Sequence record: SRR20825019_597
DNA length: 49,210 bases
Reading direction: 5' to 3' (one strand)
This document shows, in pieces, positions 49,135 through 49,210 of the stretch (position 1 is the stretch's first letter; each line of letters begins with the position of its first letter). Under the pieces are notes generated by a model, which saw only the letters and a program-made list of their open reading frames with translations, was not told where the DNA came from and did not search any database. Position numbers and translations under genes: made by a program.

Positions 49135-49210
49135 AGTTCAAGCAATCAAACAAAAAAGGCCACCTTCAATGAGGATGAGTTGAGTTTGGTGCTTGTTTGA
49201 CCTACTTTGA

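Overview
About 49 kb of mostly core chromosome from a Gammaproteobacterium; gene content and order, including a periplasmic MxaD-like SRPBCC protein, suggest a Methylophaga-like marine methylotroph (inference, not proven). Left to right: probable 5' tip of rnpB; rsmI divergent from lpoA-yraN-dolP; hemJ; a PilZ protein; ompA-like, rlmB, rpsF-rpsR-DUF2232-rplI-dnaB-alr-radA with an S6:S18 leader; moaB to rnd and a PfkB kinase; an AT-richer type IV minor-pilin cassette (fimT-pilW-pilX-giant pilV-like, divergent pilE, no pilY1); cysI-DUF934-apaH and ribH-nusB-thiL-pgpA; DUF3465, an inosine glycosylase and katG; a tauE-tusA-cysH-cysD-cysN operon divergent from cysB; a TPP-riboswitch thiamine uptake operon; mtnA-SDR-kinase divergent from mtaD-ubiG-mupP-rmuC-hpnC; and a cupin. 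No CRISPR array, IS element, prophage, tRNA or rRNA was seen. The best leads are the PilY1-less pilin cassette with a 601-aa Cys-rich PilV-like protein, the TauE/TusA module heading the cys operon, an rlmB gene with no canonical start codon upstream of its conserved N-terminus, an atypical kinase coupled to mtnA, and a multi-hairpin element before dnaB. All calls come from reading motifs and synteny; no database searches were run.
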